In this document: positions 47,101 through 58,255 of the stretch, one piece after another
Numbering within the stretch: position 1 is the first letter of the stretch
Layout of the letters: each line of letters opens with the position of its first letter
Source of the DNA: an uncultured Gammaproteobacteria bacterium
GTDB taxonomy: Bacteria; Pseudomonadota; Gammaproteobacteria; UBA9214
Assembly (NCBI GenBank): GCA_963827755.1
Contig: CAWHCQ010000014.1
Span: 1 to 64,000, forward strand
DNA: 64,000 nucleotides
Direction: 5' to 3'
Made by a program: the position numbers and the translations under genes
The notes under the pieces: model-generated
Told to the model about the DNA's origin: nothing
The model's input: only the letters and a program-made list of their open reading frames with translations
Database searches by the model: none

Positions 47101-48619
47101 AGCAACCGTGACCGGCAGCTTTGTGGTCGGTGATGTCGATACCACCGATATGCATAGCTTTGATATTACGAGTGCATTGAGCGAAGGGTCGGTCATCAAC
47201 AATAACGATGGGACCTTTACCTTCAATCCCGGTGCTGACTTCCAGGATCTTGCCATCGGCGAGACGCGCGATGTCAGCTTTAGCTATACGACAACGGATG
47301 ACAGCGGCGCGGCCAACGATACCAGCACGGCCGCGACAGTTACCATCACGGTAACGGGCACGAACGATGCACCGACCGCGGCGAGTAACACGCTCACCAC
47401 GCTCGAAGACGTGGCCCATGTATTCACGGCGGCCGACTTCAACTTTAGTGACATCGACGGCGATTCGCTCGCCGGCGTCGAGATCACCAGCCTGGAATCT
47501 GCAGGCAGCCTGCAACTGAACAGTGTGGATGTCATCCTGAACCAGCTGGTCAGCAAGGCCGACATCGATGCCGGCAGGTTGAGATTTATACCGGCGGCCA
47601 ATGCCAACGGCGCCGCTTATGACAGTTTTGGCTTCAAGGTATTTGACGGAACCGATTACAGCGCCGCTGATTACACGATGGCGCTTGATGTCACGGCGGT
47701 GAACGATACCCCGGTGGGCCTGCCGAAAATAACCGGGCTCGTCGAAGAAACCCGGACCCTGACGGCGGACACCTCCGGTATCAGTGATGTCGAGGGCCTG
47801 GGGGCATTCAGTTATCAGTGGTACCGGAATGACGCTGCGATCAGCGGTGCGACCTCTGACACATACACCCTGGGCACAGTGGATGTAGGCTTTGTCATCA
47901 AGGTGAAGGTGAGTTACACGGACGGGGCGGGCACCGATGAGAGCGCGACCAGTGAAGGTGTCGGCCCGGTCGGCGGTTTACCCGCCGGAAGTGGCACTGG
48001 TATTCCGGATATCGAGGTTACATCCGATCCAACATTACCGGACCCGGTTACTGATATACCTGACCAGAAAATCATTGAACCCGGAACTCTAATCCTGGGT
48101 GAGACTTATACAGGTGCGGGTGCTGATGAAGGCTTTAGAGCCTACCAGGTCGATCCTTATGAAATCCCCGACTATGACCGGGAGTTGTATTCGGATGCGC
48201 CAGGGACATCCGGCTTCCTGAAATTTGCCGTCAGGCCAATCATCCAGGCAGGCACGGATATAACCGAAGAATTGCTGCAGTTATTTGACCTGGTGCGGAT
48301 CGAGATAAACGAAGTCGATGAACGGTCAGCCAGGACGTACCTGGTATCAGCCGGCAGTGTCGTCATGTCGCTGTCACTGGGGGTAGTCGCCTGGGTGATA
48401 CAGGGCGGCTCTATCGCGGCCAGTATGCTGTCTTCGGTGACGGCCTTGAAGGGCCTGGACCCGATGCCGTTTATTGATAATTGCAAGAAGCGTGGTAACA
48501 GGAAAACCGTGGATGCCAGCGATGGCGACCAGCAGCTTGACGAAATGTTTGATGGCAAAATGGATGCAGAGGAAACGAAGTCTGTTGACACGCCATCCGG
48601 GGAAAAGGACGTATCATGA
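20155..48619 (+). CDS. Giant (~9,500 aa) repetitive surface protein/adhesin with LEPR-XLL leader, DUF4347, SBBP-type propeller, cadherin/Ig-like, LamG, FG-GAP and VCBS-type repeats; many apparent indel errors
   Basis: Coding is continuous when frames are switched at roughly 30 single-base indels. [12 protein letters not shown] at ~20203-20238; DUF4347 ([23 protein letters not shown]...GGDWDLE); YSTYFGG repeats; LDFETTP cadherin; LamG domains at ~26780-27370 and ~38630-39250; DLDGDGDxD FG-GAP repeats at 27560-28530; C-terminal hydrophobic motif. Confidence 0.85.
28765..36714 (+). repeat. Tandem block 1: 21 copies of a 378-nt (126-aa) VCBS/Ig-like repeat
   Basis: Unit [39 protein letters not shown]...[50 protein letters not shown], with starts about every 378 nt (28765, 29149, 29528 ... 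36336). Confidence 0.92.
39917..46738 (+). repeat. Tandem block 2: 18 copies of the same 378-nt repeat
   Basis: Unit starts at 39917, 40295, 40674 ... 46359, followed by two copies of a different ~104-aa repeat (46739-47360). Confidence 0.92.
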
Positions 48620-51507
48620 GAAAATTATTTCCAGCAATGCGCGTGAGCCTCAGTCTGATTATGGCGGTGGTTTCGATTATCCTGCTTTCCGATCTGCTCG
48701 GTATCATTCCGGATGGTTCAGAGGCTGTCATCGACAGCAGAAAGAAAATCGCCGAGACGCTGGCCGTCCAGTATTCACTGGCAGCACGCAGGAATGACTA
48801 TGATTCGATCGAGTCCAGCATGAGGATGCTGGTGGAGCGTAATGCAGAAGTGGAATCTGCCGCCCTGCGCACTGCTGACGGCAGGATCGAGGCGGTAGTC
48901 GGCGAACATGAAGGATTCTGGGATAGAGGAGCGGGTGACAAGTCAACACCAACCCAGCTACAGGTCCCTATTTACACGAATGCAACGCTGAAGCAGAAAT
49001 GGGGTAGTGTTGAGTTGCGGTTTACCCCCGCCAGCAAGCTTGATATTTTCGGCATCGCCATCAGTCCATTTGTATTAATGACCGTCTTTATCGGTGTGGT
49101 CGGGTTCCTTGTTTTTCTGTTGCTGATCAAGAAAATATTAACCAGCATCGATCCGTCAGCGGTGATTCCATCGCGGGTCAGGAAGGCCCTCGACACCTTG
49201 AACGAAGGTGTTTTGCTGGTCGACAAAAAAGGGCGGATCCTGTTTGCGAACGAGATGTTTACGGCCACGCTGGGTCAGGGTGAGTCCGAGATGCTTGGCA
49301 GAAAGATCGTGGATCTTGGCTGGAAGGGCAATCATGCTGAATTGCCGTGGGTGAATACATTGCAAACCGGCGTCAGTTCGGTTGGACAGAAAATCGGGCT
49401 GGCCCTCGCTGATAAAAGCGAAATCCAGTTCGTCGTCAACAGTGCCGCGGTACTTGATGACAAAGGCAATCAGCAGGGTGCAATGGTGACGTTTGATGAT
49501 GTTACCGAACTTGAATCCAGGAATAATGAGCTGCGTGAAATGGTCTCCAGGCTGAAGGATTCTTCAGAATATATTAACCGCCAGAATGAAGAGCTACGTG
49601 TCCTTGCTACACGTGATCCGCTGACGAATTGTCTGAACCGGCGTACCTTGTTTGATCAGTATGAGGATAATTGTCTGGAGGCTATCAGGAATAACACCGA
49701 CTTTAACTGCATGATGCTTGATATTGATCACTTCAAACATGTAAATGATACCTACGGCCACGCAGCCGGGGATTTGGTGCTCAAGGTTATATCGGTCGCA
49801 ATCAAGGATGTGTTGCGCAGTGATGACGAGGTATTCCGTTATGGTGGTGAGGAATTTTGCATATTGCTGCCGAATGCCGATATCAATTCTGCTACCAGTA
49901 TGGCTGAGCGGGTGCGTGAAAATATTGAGGCACAAATCGTTAATGATGCAATTGAAGGCCGGGAAATTCGCGTAACAGCCAGTATCGGTCTCAGCTCGGT
50001 CAAGTTCGGTGCGGATAATCTGCAGGAACTGATCGAGGCAGCCGATGCTGCTCTTTATGAGTCGAAACGTAAAGGACGTAATCGTGTAACAATCTGGTCA
50101 GCCAGCGTCGATCAGCTCGACGTGGATGCAAATGACGAAACAATAATCGGATCTGATACCCCGTCAGACGAGCACGAGTATGTTGATAAGGTCACGAGAC
50201 TGCCGAACCGTACAGACTTCCGGCGAGAGCTTTCCAGGTTGCTGTTGTATTCACAGCAACATAATGAGTATGCAGCTGTATTGTTGCTTGATCTTGATAT
50301 GTTCAAACGTATCAACAATCTATTCGGCTATACGGCAGGTGATACGGTACTTGAGGCTGTGGCAGAACGACTTGAGAAATCTGTCCGTGTATCAGACTCT
50401 GCTTGCAGAATCAGCAATGGTTTGCTTAAGAACGAGGTGTACGGTCTGGGGGGTGATGAATTCGGAATCCTGCTATCCGGGCTTGAATCGAAGCACGATG
50501 TGTCAACTGTCGTTGAACGTTTGATCGAGTCTCTGTCTTTGCCGGTTAGCGTCAATGACCAGGATGTATTTATGACGTGCAGTATAGGTGTCAGCCAGTT
50601 TCCAACCGATGGTACAGACGCCGATAGCCTGGTCACTTGTGCAAGTGTAGCCATGCAGCAAGCCAAACGTGGCGGCAAAAATTCCTGCCAGTTCTTCCGG
50701 AATGATTTTGTTTCCGTGGTCAGGGATGATTACGAAATCGAGAAGGCGCTGCGTCATGCGCTTCAGAATGACGAATTCGAGCTTTACTTTCAGCCACAGC
50801 TTGATGTGCAGACGCTGCGTATTGATTCAATGGAAGCCTTGATCCGCTGGCAACATCCACAACGCGGCATGATTATGCCGGCAGACTTCATATCGGCAGC
50901 TGAAAAAACAGGACAGATTGTCGATATCGGTAAGTGGGTTATCAATGAGGCCTGCCAGCAAATCAGGAGCTGGCTTGATCTTGGCATTGAATTACCTGTT
51001 GCTATTAATCTGTCTCCTGTGCAGTTCCGTCAGAATGACCTGGTTGAACTGATCAATACAGCGGTTGCTGCGGTAAAGGTCGATCCGAGATTACTTCAGC
51101 TGGAAATTACGGAAAGCACGATCATGGAGGATCTGGAAAGCGCACTGGAGACCATGCAGACCCTGTCCAGGCTGGGCTACAAGATATCGATCGATGATTT
51201 CGGTACGGGTTATTCTTCGCTGGAATACCTGAAGCGTTTCCCTGTTGACAATCTGAAAATCGATCGTGCCTTTATCAAGGATGTTGTTACCGATCCCGGT
51301 GATGCCTCAATCGTGCGTGCCACCATCAGCATGGCGCACGGCATGGGTCTCCAGGTTGTTGCCGAAGGCGTTGAGACAGAAGAACAGTTGTTATTCCTGC
51401 GTAATTTGCGTTGCGATCTGATCCAGGGGTTCCTGCTGGGTGTGCCACTACCGGCAAAGGATGTCATTGCCCTGATCGACGAGGAGCAGTGGCAGACGCA
51501 GGCCTGA
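48616..51507 (+). CDS. Membrane PAS-GGDEF-GGDEF-EAL c-di-GMP metabolism protein
   Basis: Two TM helices and a PAS domain; GGDEF1 RSDD...RYGGEEF (I-site present); GGDEF2 LGGDEF; EAL domain with MEALIRW, DDFGTGYSS and VVAEGVET. The start overlaps the giant-gene stop (ATGA). Confidence 0.92.
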   Translation: MRKLFPAMRVSLSLIMAVVSIILLSDLLGIIPDGSEAVIDSRKKIAETLAVQYSLAARRNDYDSIESSMRMLVERNAEVESAALRTADGRIEAVVGEHEGFWDRGAGDKSTPTQLQVPIYTNATLKQKWGSVELRFTPASKLDIFGIAISPFVLMTVFIGVVGFLVFLLLIKKILTSIDPSAVIPSRVRKALDTLNEGVLLVDKKGRILFANEMFTATLGQGESEMLGRKIVDLGWKGNHAELPWVNTLQTGVSSVGQKIGLALADKSEIQFVVNSAAVLDDKGNQQGAMVTFDDVTELESRNNELREMVSRLKDSSEYINRQNEELRVLATRDPLTNCLNRRTLFDQYEDNCLEAIRNNTDFNCMMLDIDHFKHVNDTYGHAAGDLVLKVISVAIKDVLRSDDEVFRYGGEEFCILLPNADINSATSMAERVRENIEAQIVNDAIEGREIRVTASIGLSSVKFGADNLQELIEAADAALYESKRKGRNRVTIWSASVDQLDVDANDETIIGSDTPSDEHEYVDKVTRLPNRTDFRRELSRLLLYSQQHNEYAAVLLLDLDMFKRINNLFGYTAGDTVLEAVAERLEKSVRVSDSACRISNGLLKNEVYGLGGDEFGILLSGLESKHDVSTVVERLIESLSLPVSVNDQDVFMTCSIGVSQFPTDGTDADSLVTCASVAMQQAKRGGKNSCQFFRNDFVSVVRDDYEIEKALRHALQNDEFELYFQPQLDVQTLRIDSMEALIRWQHPQRGMIMPADFISAAEKTGQIVDIGKWVINEACQQIRSWLDLGIELPVAINLSPVQFRQNDLVELINTAVAAVKVDPRLLQLEITESTIMEDLESALETMQTLSRLGYKISIDDFGTGYSSLEYLKRFPVDNLKIDRAFIKDVVTDPGDASIVRATISMAHGMGLQVVAEGVETEEQLLFLRNLRCDLIQGFLLGVPLPAKDVIALIDEEQWQTQA

Positions 51508-51607
51508 TGTCCGGCCATGATTTCGGGATGTTTTGCAGATTGAAGTTATTCGAGCAGGTGTGTTTTGTGTCAACTACTCTGGAATTGTTTTCAGAAGGAT
51601 AAAGATC

Positions 51608-52072
51608 ATGAAGTATTCTCATGACAGCGGAATTCTCGACAATTTCAGTCTGGAAACCATTGATACGGCTCAACGTGATCGTGTCGGCTCTTCATACGCC
51701 ATCGAGCTCCGTCGTTGCCCGCGGGTGGATACCTGGTTCAAGGCGCATATGACCTCGGATTATGGCAGGATCGATGGCTTTGTCAGCAACCTGTCACGCA
51801 GCGGCTTGTGTTTTGAAGCCGGCAGCGAACTGCCTGATCTTTTCATGACAGGCAATGGACAGCATGCAAGCCAGGCTTCAAGTATCGTTGAAATCAGTTT
51901 CGATCTACCCATACAAAATGCCGGATGTAGACCGCTTATCGTACAGGCAAGGACCGTTTATGTTATTCAAGGCGACGAGGGCAGGTACAGGTGCGGTGCA
52001 GAATTCAGATTCTTGACCGAAGGCGAGGAGGCGCTTGAAAATTACCTTCGTGACAGGGGTGCAGGGAAATAA
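51608..52072 (+). CDS. PilZ-domain protein
   Basis: RRCPR (RxxxR) and NLSRSG ((D/N)xSxxG) c-di-GMP-binding motifs, C-terminal YRCGAEF. AAGGA RBS before ATG 51608 (the ORF is open from 51533). Confidence 0.75.
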   Translation: MKYSHDSGILDNFSLETIDTAQRDRVGSSYAIELRRCPRVDTWFKAHMTSDYGRIDGFVSNLSRSGLCFEAGSELPDLFMTGNGQHASQASSIVEISFDLPIQNAGCRPLIVQARTVYVIQGDEGRYRCGAEFRFLTEGEEALENYLRDRGAGK

Positions 52073-52134
52073 ATGCTTTTCGAGTCAAGACAAAACCCTT
52101 CCACCGGGCAAATCGACATTGACTGATATTGTAT

Positions 52135-55100
52135 TCAGACTCCGCGCTGTTTCCAGAGCAGGAACACGGCCGGGATAACGACCAGTGTCAGCAGTGTTGC
52201 ACTGACCATGCCGCCCACCATGGGTGCTGCAATACGCCGCATCACCTCGGACCCGGTACCGCCGCCAAGCATGATCGGCAGCAGGCCGGCTATGATGGCC
52301 GCTACCGTCATCATGATGGGGCGCACCCGCAGAAGGGCGCCGTCGATAACCGCGTTACGCACGTCGACTGTCGTCAGTGCACGTTGAGCGCGTTTCGCAC
52401 GATCACGATGCTGTTGCAGGGCCAGATTCAGGTACACCAGCATCACCACGCCGATCTCGATCGCAACCCCGGCCAGGGCGATAAAGCCTACGCCAACGGC
52501 GACAGAGAGGTTGTAACCCAGCAGGTACAGTAGCCAGAAACCGCCCACCAGTGCGAGTGGCAAAGTACACATGATGATGAGCACCTCGGTCAGCGTGCGA
52601 AAGTTCATGTACAAAAGCAGCACGATAATGACCAGAGTAACCGGCACAACCAGTGCCAGCCGCTCCTTTGCGCGCACCATATATTCGTACTGCCCGGACC
52701 ATGCAATCGAATAACCGGCCGGCAGTTCCACCTGTTCGCTGACCACTTTCTGTGCCTCGACGACATAGGAGCCGAGGTCGCGGCCTTCGATGTCGATATA
52801 GGTCCAGCCATTGAGCCGGGCATTTTCCGTCTTGATGAGTCCGGGTCCTGGATCGATACGCAGCTCGGCAACCTCGGCCAGCGGGATGCGTGCCCCGGTG
52901 GGGGTAACAATCGGCAGGTTGCGCAGCTTTTCCAGTGAGTCGCGAACATCTCGCGGATAGCGGATATTGATCGGGTAGCGTTCCAGTCCCTCGACGCTTT
53001 GCGCGACGCGCATGCCGCCGAGCGCGGTACGCACGACCTCCTGCACGTCTGCAATATTGAGCGCAAAGCGCGCGGCAGCCTGGCGGTCGATATCGACGTT
53101 CACATAGCGTCCGCCTGCAACGCGTTCGGAATACACGGATACGGTTCCCGGAATCGGCTTGAGGACCTCCTCGATACGCTTGCCGATGGCCTGGATTTCA
53201 TCAAGGTCCGGTCCGGCAACCTTGACGCCGACCGGGGTCTTGATCCCGGTGGCCTGCATGTCAATGCGGTTCTTGATCGGCATGACCCAGGTATTGGTCA
53301 GGCCGGGAAACCGGATCAGCTTGTTCATTTCCTGTTTCAGTGTTTCCATGGTGACACCCGGGCGCCATTCATCGCGCGGCCTTAACTTGATCGTGGTTTC
53401 GATCATGGTGAGAGGGGCCGGGTCAGTGGCAGTCTCGGCGCGGCCGACCTTGCCGAATACGCGTTCAACCTCCGGGACAGTGCGAATCAGTTTGTCCGTC
53501 TGTTGCAGCAACTCCTGCGCCTTGCCGATTGAAATCCCCGGGAAGGTGCTTGGCATGTAGAGCAGATCGCCTTCATCCAGGTCCGGCATGAATTCAGATC
53601 CCAGTTGTGACAACGGCCAGATGCCGACCAGCACCAGCACCAGTGCGATACCCAGCACGGTCTTCGGTGCCTTCAGCACCAGCTGGATGAAAGGCCGGTA
53701 CCCGGCAACCAGGACGTGATTGATCGGGTTCTTGTTCTCGGGCGTGATATGTCCACGGATGAAATAGCCCATCAGGACCGGTACCAGGGTAATGGACAGG
53801 ATCGCGGCACCGGCCATGGCAAAGGTCTTGGTAAAGGCCAGTGGCGCAAACAGGCGGCCTTCCTGGGCCTCGAGGGTAAACACCGGCAGAAAACTCAGGG
53901 TGATGATCAGCAGCGAGAAGAACAGCGGCGGGCCAACCTCCGTCGCGGCCTGGCGAATGATCTGCCAGCGGTTGTCATCGGTGGCCGTGGTTTTTTCCAT
54001 GTGCTTGTGCACGTTCTCGATCATGACGATGGCTGCATCGACCATGGCGCCGATGGCGATGGCGATACCACCCAGTGACATAATATTGGCATTGATGCCG
54101 ATGCGTTCCATGATGATGAAGGCGATAAGGATACCAAGCGGCAGTGACAGGACGATCACCATTGCCGAGCGCAGGTGAAACAGGAACAGGGCGCAGACCA
54201 GCGCGACAACGATGAATTCTTCCAGCAACTTGCGATTGAGCGTTTCCACGGCACGTCCAATCAATGCAGAGCGGTCGTAGGTCTCGACGATCTCCACGCC
54301 CTCGGGCAAGCCGTTTTTCAACTCCGCGAGTTTTTCCCTGACACCTTCGATGGTACGCAGGGCGTTTTCGCCAAAGCGCATGACAACCACGCCGCCAACG
54401 ACTTCACCTTCGCCATCGAGTTCGGCGATACCACGGCGCAGTTGTGGCCCCAGGCGTATATCTGCAACATCGTCCAGCAGTATGGGAGTACCGCGCTCAT
54501 TCACCCCCAGCGGGATATGGCGCAGGTCATCGATTTCGTCGACGTAGCCGGTTGCACGGACCATGTACTCGGCTTCCGCCATTTCGATCACCGATCCGCC
54601 GGTCTCCTGGTTACCGCGCATGATAGCGAGTTTGATCTTTGCCAGTGGCAGGTCGTAGGCCCTTAACTTGTTCGGGTCGAGCACCACCTGGTATTGCTTG
54701 ACCATGCCGCCGATGGTGGCGACCTCGGATACACCATGCACCGTTTGCAGTTCGTATTTCAGAAACCAGTCCTGCAGGCTGCGCAGTTGCGACAGGTCGT
54801 GCCGGCCACTGCGGTCGACCAGTGCATATTCATAGACCCAGCCGACGCCGGTGGCATCCGGGCCCAGTTCCGGGCGTGCCTCGGCCGGCAGTTTGTTGCT
54901 CACCTGGCTGAGGTATTCCAGTACCCGTGAGCGTGCCCAGTAGAGATCGGTGCCATCCTCGAAGATGACGTACACATAGGAATCGCCGAAGAAGGAGTAG
55001 CCGCGTACATTGACTGCCCGCGGGACGGACAGCATGGCTGTAGTCAGAGGGTAGGTGACCTGGTCCTCGATGACCTGTGGCGCCTGCCCGGGATAGCTTG

Positions 55101-55251
55101 TCTTGATAATGACCTGAACATCGGACAGGTCCGGAATCGCATCCAGCGGCGTATTCTTCACGGCATAAATACCCCAGCCGGTGAGGATTACGCCAAGCAG
55201 GATAACCATGAAGCGGTTACGCGTCGACCAGTCGATGATGAATGCAATCAT
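52135..55251 (-). CDS. cusA: CusA/CzcA-family heavy-metal RND efflux permease
   Basis: 1038 aa; [74 protein letters not shown]. Confidence 0.93.
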   Translation of the reverse strand: MIAFIIDWSTRNRFMVILLGVILTGWGIYAVKNTPLDAIPDLSDVQVIIKTSYPGQAPQVIEDQVTYPLTTAMLSVPRAVNVRGYSFFGDSYVYVIFEDGTDLYWARSRVLEYLSQVSNKLPAEARPELGPDATGVGWVYEYALVDRSGRHDLSQLRSLQDWFLKYELQTVHGVSEVATIGGMVKQYQVVLDPNKLRAYDLPLAKIKLAIMRGNQETGGSVIEMAEAEYMVRATGYVDEIDDLRHIPLGVNERGTPILLDDVADIRLGPQLRRGIAELDGEGEVVGGVVVMRFGENALRTIEGVREKLAELKNGLPEGVEIVETYDRSALIGRAVETLNRKLLEEFIVVALVCALFLFHLRSAMVIVLSLPLGILIAFIIMERIGINANIMSLGGIAIAIGAMVDAAIVMIENVHKHMEKTTATDDNRWQIIRQAATEVGPPLFFSLLIITLSFLPVFTLEAQEGRLFAPLAFTKTFAMAGAAILSITLVPVLMGYFIRGHITPENKNPINHVLVAGYRPFIQLVLKAPKTVLGIALVLVLVGIWPLSQLGSEFMPDLDEGDLLYMPSTFPGISIGKAQELLQQTDKLIRTVPEVERVFGKVGRAETATDPAPLTMIETTIKLRPRDEWRPGVTMETLKQEMNKLIRFPGLTNTWVMPIKNRIDMQATGIKTPVGVKVAGPDLDEIQAIGKRIEEVLKPIPGTVSVYSERVAGGRYVNVDIDRQAAARFALNIADVQEVVRTALGGMRVAQSVEGLERYPINIRYPRDVRDSLEKLRNLPIVTPTGARIPLAEVAELRIDPGPGLIKTENARLNGWTYIDIEGRDLGSYVVEAQKVVSEQVELPAGYSIAWSGQYEYMVRAKERLALVVPVTLVIIVLLLYMNFRTLTEVLIIMCTLPLALVGGFWLLYLLGYNLSVAVGVGFIALAGVAIEIGVVMLVYLNLALQQHRDRAKRAQRALTTVDVRNAVIDGALLRVRPIMMTVAAIIAGLLPIMLGGGTGSEVMRRIAAPMVGGMVSATLLTLVVIPAVFLLWKQRGV

Positions 55252-56456
55252 GGTTGCGTGTCCTGCTTGTCTGTTACAGGTGGACTCATGCGCATTATGC
55301 TTGCCCTGAGGCTGGCCTCGGAGTCGATGAGGAACTGTCCGGAGACGACGATAGACTCGCCGGCATCCACCCCTTCAAGAATCTCCACCCAGTTACCGCT
55401 TTCGATGCCGGCACGTACCTTGCGCGCCTCGAAACGTCCGTTACCGCGATCGATGATGACGCGCTCCTCGCGCCCGGTGCGGATCAGTGCCTCGAGCGGA
55501 ATCACAATGACGTCATTTTTCGGCCCGCCGTAGATTTTGATATTGGCGTACATGTTGGGCTTGAGTGCTTCATCCGGATTGGGAAAGCGCAGGCGTGCTT
55601 TCAGCGTGCGGGTCTTCGGGTCGAGGCTCGGATAAATATATTCCACTTTGCCTTCCCAGGTGCGCCCCGGTAAAAAAGCCAGGCTGACCTCGGCGCTTTG
55701 ACCGACCTTGACCCAGTCGGCCTGGCGTTCAAAGACCTCGGCCAGCAGCCACACGCTGGACAGGTCTGCGAGACTCATGACCGTGGTGGCGGGTTTGATG
55801 TACATGCCTTCACGTACACTGAGTGATGCGACCACGCCATCCTGTGGCGCATAGACCGGTATCGTCTGGCTGGCTTTTCTGTCTTTTTCCAGTTGCCTGA
55901 TCTGGCTGTCCGGTATGCCGAGTGCGTCAAGCCGGCTGCGCGATGCGCGCACCAGTCCCTTGTTGCCGAGATTCAGTGCCTGCACGAATTCTTCCTGGGC
56001 ATTGACCAGCTCCGGTGAATAGACGTTAAACAGACGCTGGCCACGGTTGACACGTTCACCCTCGGACTCAACGGCGAGATCCTCGATCCAGCCCTCGGTG
56101 CGCAGGTGGATATGACTGACCCTTGATTCGTCGTAATCGACGTAGCCCACGGTATCGATGCCGCGCCACAGGCGGGAGCGTTCGGCGACGGCGGTGCGCA
56201 CGCCGAGGTTCTGCACCACTTCCGGCGCAATGGTGACGCCATTGCCGTCACCGCCGCTATCATCGGCATACACCGGCACCAGCTCCATGCCCATGGGGGA
56301 TTTGCCCGGCTTGTCGCGCCGGTAGTTGGCATCCATGGGCGCGACCCAGTAGAGGATTTTGCGATCGCTGTCTTCTGCCGGTATGGCAGGCAAGGGGGCC
56401 AGTAACAGGACAAACAGGCAAGCGCTGATCCAGGTGTTGGAATTGAATGTGTTCAT
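55248..56456 (-). CDS. cusB: CusB-type periplasmic adaptor with N-terminal heavy-metal-binding domain
   Basis: YWVAPMD...[40 protein letters not shown]. Overlaps the cusA start. Confidence 0.9.
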   Translation of the reverse strand: MNTFNSNTWISACLFVLLLAPLPAIPAEDSDRKILYWVAPMDANYRRDKPGKSPMGMELVPVYADDSGGDGNGVTIAPEVVQNLGVRTAVAERSRLWRGIDTVGYVDYDESRVSHIHLRTEGWIEDLAVESEGERVNRGQRLFNVYSPELVNAQEEFVQALNLGNKGLVRASRSRLDALGIPDSQIRQLEKDRKASQTIPVYAPQDGVVASLSVREGMYIKPATTVMSLADLSSVWLLAEVFERQADWVKVGQSAEVSLAFLPGRTWEGKVEYIYPSLDPKTRTLKARLRFPNPDEALKPNMYANIKIYGGPKNDVIVIPLEALIRTGREERVIIDRGNGRFEARKVRAGIESGNWVEILEGVDAGESIVVSGQFLIDSEASLRASIMRMSPPVTDKQDTQP

Positions 56457-57778
56457 CGGGCTTCTCCGGCCAGGTAAAGCAGGTTGGCTTGTGATTTGGC
56501 GCGGTCTACGCGGATGCGCAGGGCTTCGAGGCGCACATCCAGGTCGGTGATGCGCGCTCGCATCAGGGTGGTGAATTCGGTCACGCCGCTCTGGTAGGCA
56601 TTCAGCGAGGCAAGCGCATTGGCAGCGGATTCATTCAACAGCTGCGAGTCGTACAGCGCGGCACGTTCACCCAGACGCAGCCAGTTGGCATAGTCCGTGT
56701 CCAGCATCTGCTGCAGTTCACGCAGCGTGTCGTCACGGGTCAGTTGCACGGCCTCGGCCTGCAGAATGCTCGCGGAGAGGCGCTTGTCCTGGCGCTTGTC
56801 CGGGAACACGGGCAGATCCAGCGTGACCATGGCCGCCATCATATCGCTGCGGTCGTCACCGGCCGGGTCGTCACCGAAGCGCTGGCGGTATTCCACCCCG
56901 GCACTCCATCCGGGCTTGTATTGTTCGCGGGCGATCTGTATTGCCCGGTTGCTGGCATCGAGTTTGGCCGTCTCGGAACGGAAAACCGGGTGTAGCGGCA
57001 GTGCGGATGCCAGTTCTTTCTTCGAGGGCAGGGCGGGTAATTCCGGGAATTGCTCGTCAACCGGCAGCAGCGCTGCATCACCAATCCACCTCATCAACAC
57101 GGCACGGGCCTTGTCGGCCTCGTTCAGGATGCGGGTGGTGCGGTCGTCAAGCCGGGATAATTCCAGTGAAGCGCGCAGCACATCCTGCTGGTTGGCGCGG
57201 CCGTTTGCATAATGTGTCCGGGTAATATCCACCAGTTGGGCAAACAGCCTGCGGGTCTTGTGGATAAGCTGTTCCGCCTGCAGCTGGTAGTAGAGTTCCA
57301 GGAACTGGTTGCGCGCATCGCGGACCAGCTTGCGCGTTGTGTTCTCGCTGGACGCCTGTTCGGCATCGGCCATCGATTCGGTCTGCAGCTGTTTGAAATG
57401 CAGGGTCTTTCCACGAGGGAAGGCCTGTACAACACCGAGCCGCAGCTGGGTCGTCGGTTCCCTGTCGATGTCGAAATCATCCAGCGGCAGGTTATACAGA
57501 CCGGTTTTCAGTTTCGGATCGGGCAGCTGTCCGTCTGCGATGGCGGTGTCACCAAGCGCCCGCGCGCGTGCCTCGCTTGCCGCAATGACAGGGTCGGCCA
57601 GCAGTGCCAGGCGTACCACTTCATTGATGTCCAGGCCGGCATGGACGTTGACAGAAAATGCTAACAGTACTGGCAGCACGGATAGCATGACCGTCCGTTT
57701 CAGGTTTGTTTCAGGCCGATTATGTTGCGAGTACGCGGCAGTGCACAGTGACCGGACCGTTCTCCGGGTGTAGGACAT
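56453..57778 (-). CDS. TolC-family outer-membrane factor of the Cus system
   Basis: 441 aa with outer-membrane efflux features (QLPDPKL, VTLDLPVF, AYQSG). Position and overlap with cusB. The start may be later, at ~57688. Confidence 0.82.
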   Translation of the reverse strand: MSYTRRTVRSLCTAAYSQHNRPETNLKRTVMLSVLPVLLAFSVNVHAGLDINEVVRLALLADPVIAASEARARALGDTAIADGQLPDPKLKTGLYNLPLDDFDIDREPTTQLRLGVVQAFPRGKTLHFKQLQTESMADAEQASSENTTRKLVRDARNQFLELYYQLQAEQLIHKTRRLFAQLVDITRTHYANGRANQQDVLRASLELSRLDDRTTRILNEADKARAVLMRWIGDAALLPVDEQFPELPALPSKKELASALPLHPVFRSETAKLDASNRAIQIAREQYKPGWSAGVEYRQRFGDDPAGDDRSDMMAAMVTLDLPVFPDKRQDKRLSASILQAEAVQLTRDDTLRELQQMLDTDYANWLRLGERAALYDSQLLNESAANALASLNAYQSGVTEFTTLMRARITDLDVRLEALRIRVDRAKSQANLLYLAGEAR

Positions 57779-57862
57779 GATAATTCTCCATAGCCAATCA
57801 GAATAAAAACATCACGCACGGTCACTGCCGGTAATGGCAGTAATCAGCGTAAACAGATTGAA

Positions 57863-58255
57863 CTACAGGGATGCGGGTGGTCGCAGGGGCGGGGTGATGC
57901 TGCGCTCGGGGTAATTGTATAAAAAAACCGGAGTAAGCGGTGCTGCGGGGATGTCGACCGATGCGTTGATAATGCGGGCGGCAGCGGATGCGCCATGGGC
58001 GCAGGCATTGCAGTTTGCTGCATTGCAATCGCTGCCGCAGCAACCGTTGCAGGTATGGCCGGGTTCGCTGTCAGCGCTTTGTGAGTGCAGTATGGTATCT
58101 GTATCAGACGCCTGTGAGTCGTGCTGCATCTGTGCGCAATGGTCTGCTGTATCCACAGGGGCGTTGGCCTGCATGGCCCAGGTCGCACGCAATGGCGCAA
58201 GTGCCAGTGCAAGCATCATCAGGATCAACAGGCCTTTATGCAGCGACGTTTTCAT
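57863..58255 (-). CDS. Small Cys/His-rich exported protein (CopL/DUF2946-like)
   Basis: Signal-like N-terminus, HCAQMQH, CNGCCGSDCNAANCNACAH, C-terminal PPLRPPA. First gene upstream of the cus operon. Confidence 0.65.
   Translation of the reverse strand: MKTSLHKGLLILMMLALALAPLRATWAMQANAPVDTADHCAQMQHDSQASDTDTILHSQSADSEPGHTCNGCCGSDCNAANCNACAHGASAAARIINASVDIPAAPLTPVFLYNYPERSITPPLRPPASL

Noticed and set aside
28696-47607. Many long minus-strand and alternative-frame ORFs (e.g. 31081-33480 and the repeated 103-aa MMVPLLVLP ORFs)
   Set aside because: Antisense shadows of the GC3-biased repeat gene; they recur with the 378-nt period and have no independent features.
20155-48619. Classical RTX/T1SS adhesin, autotransporter or two-partner secretion protein
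   Set aside because: No C-terminal GGxGxD nonapeptides, beta-barrel or TPS domain seen, and no linked ABC or TpsB transporter.
56453-57778. TolC-family gene as the outer-membrane channel of the giant-protein system
   Set aside because: It is on the opposite strand and overlaps cusB, so it belongs to the Cus pump. Any channel for the export system must be encoded elsewhere.
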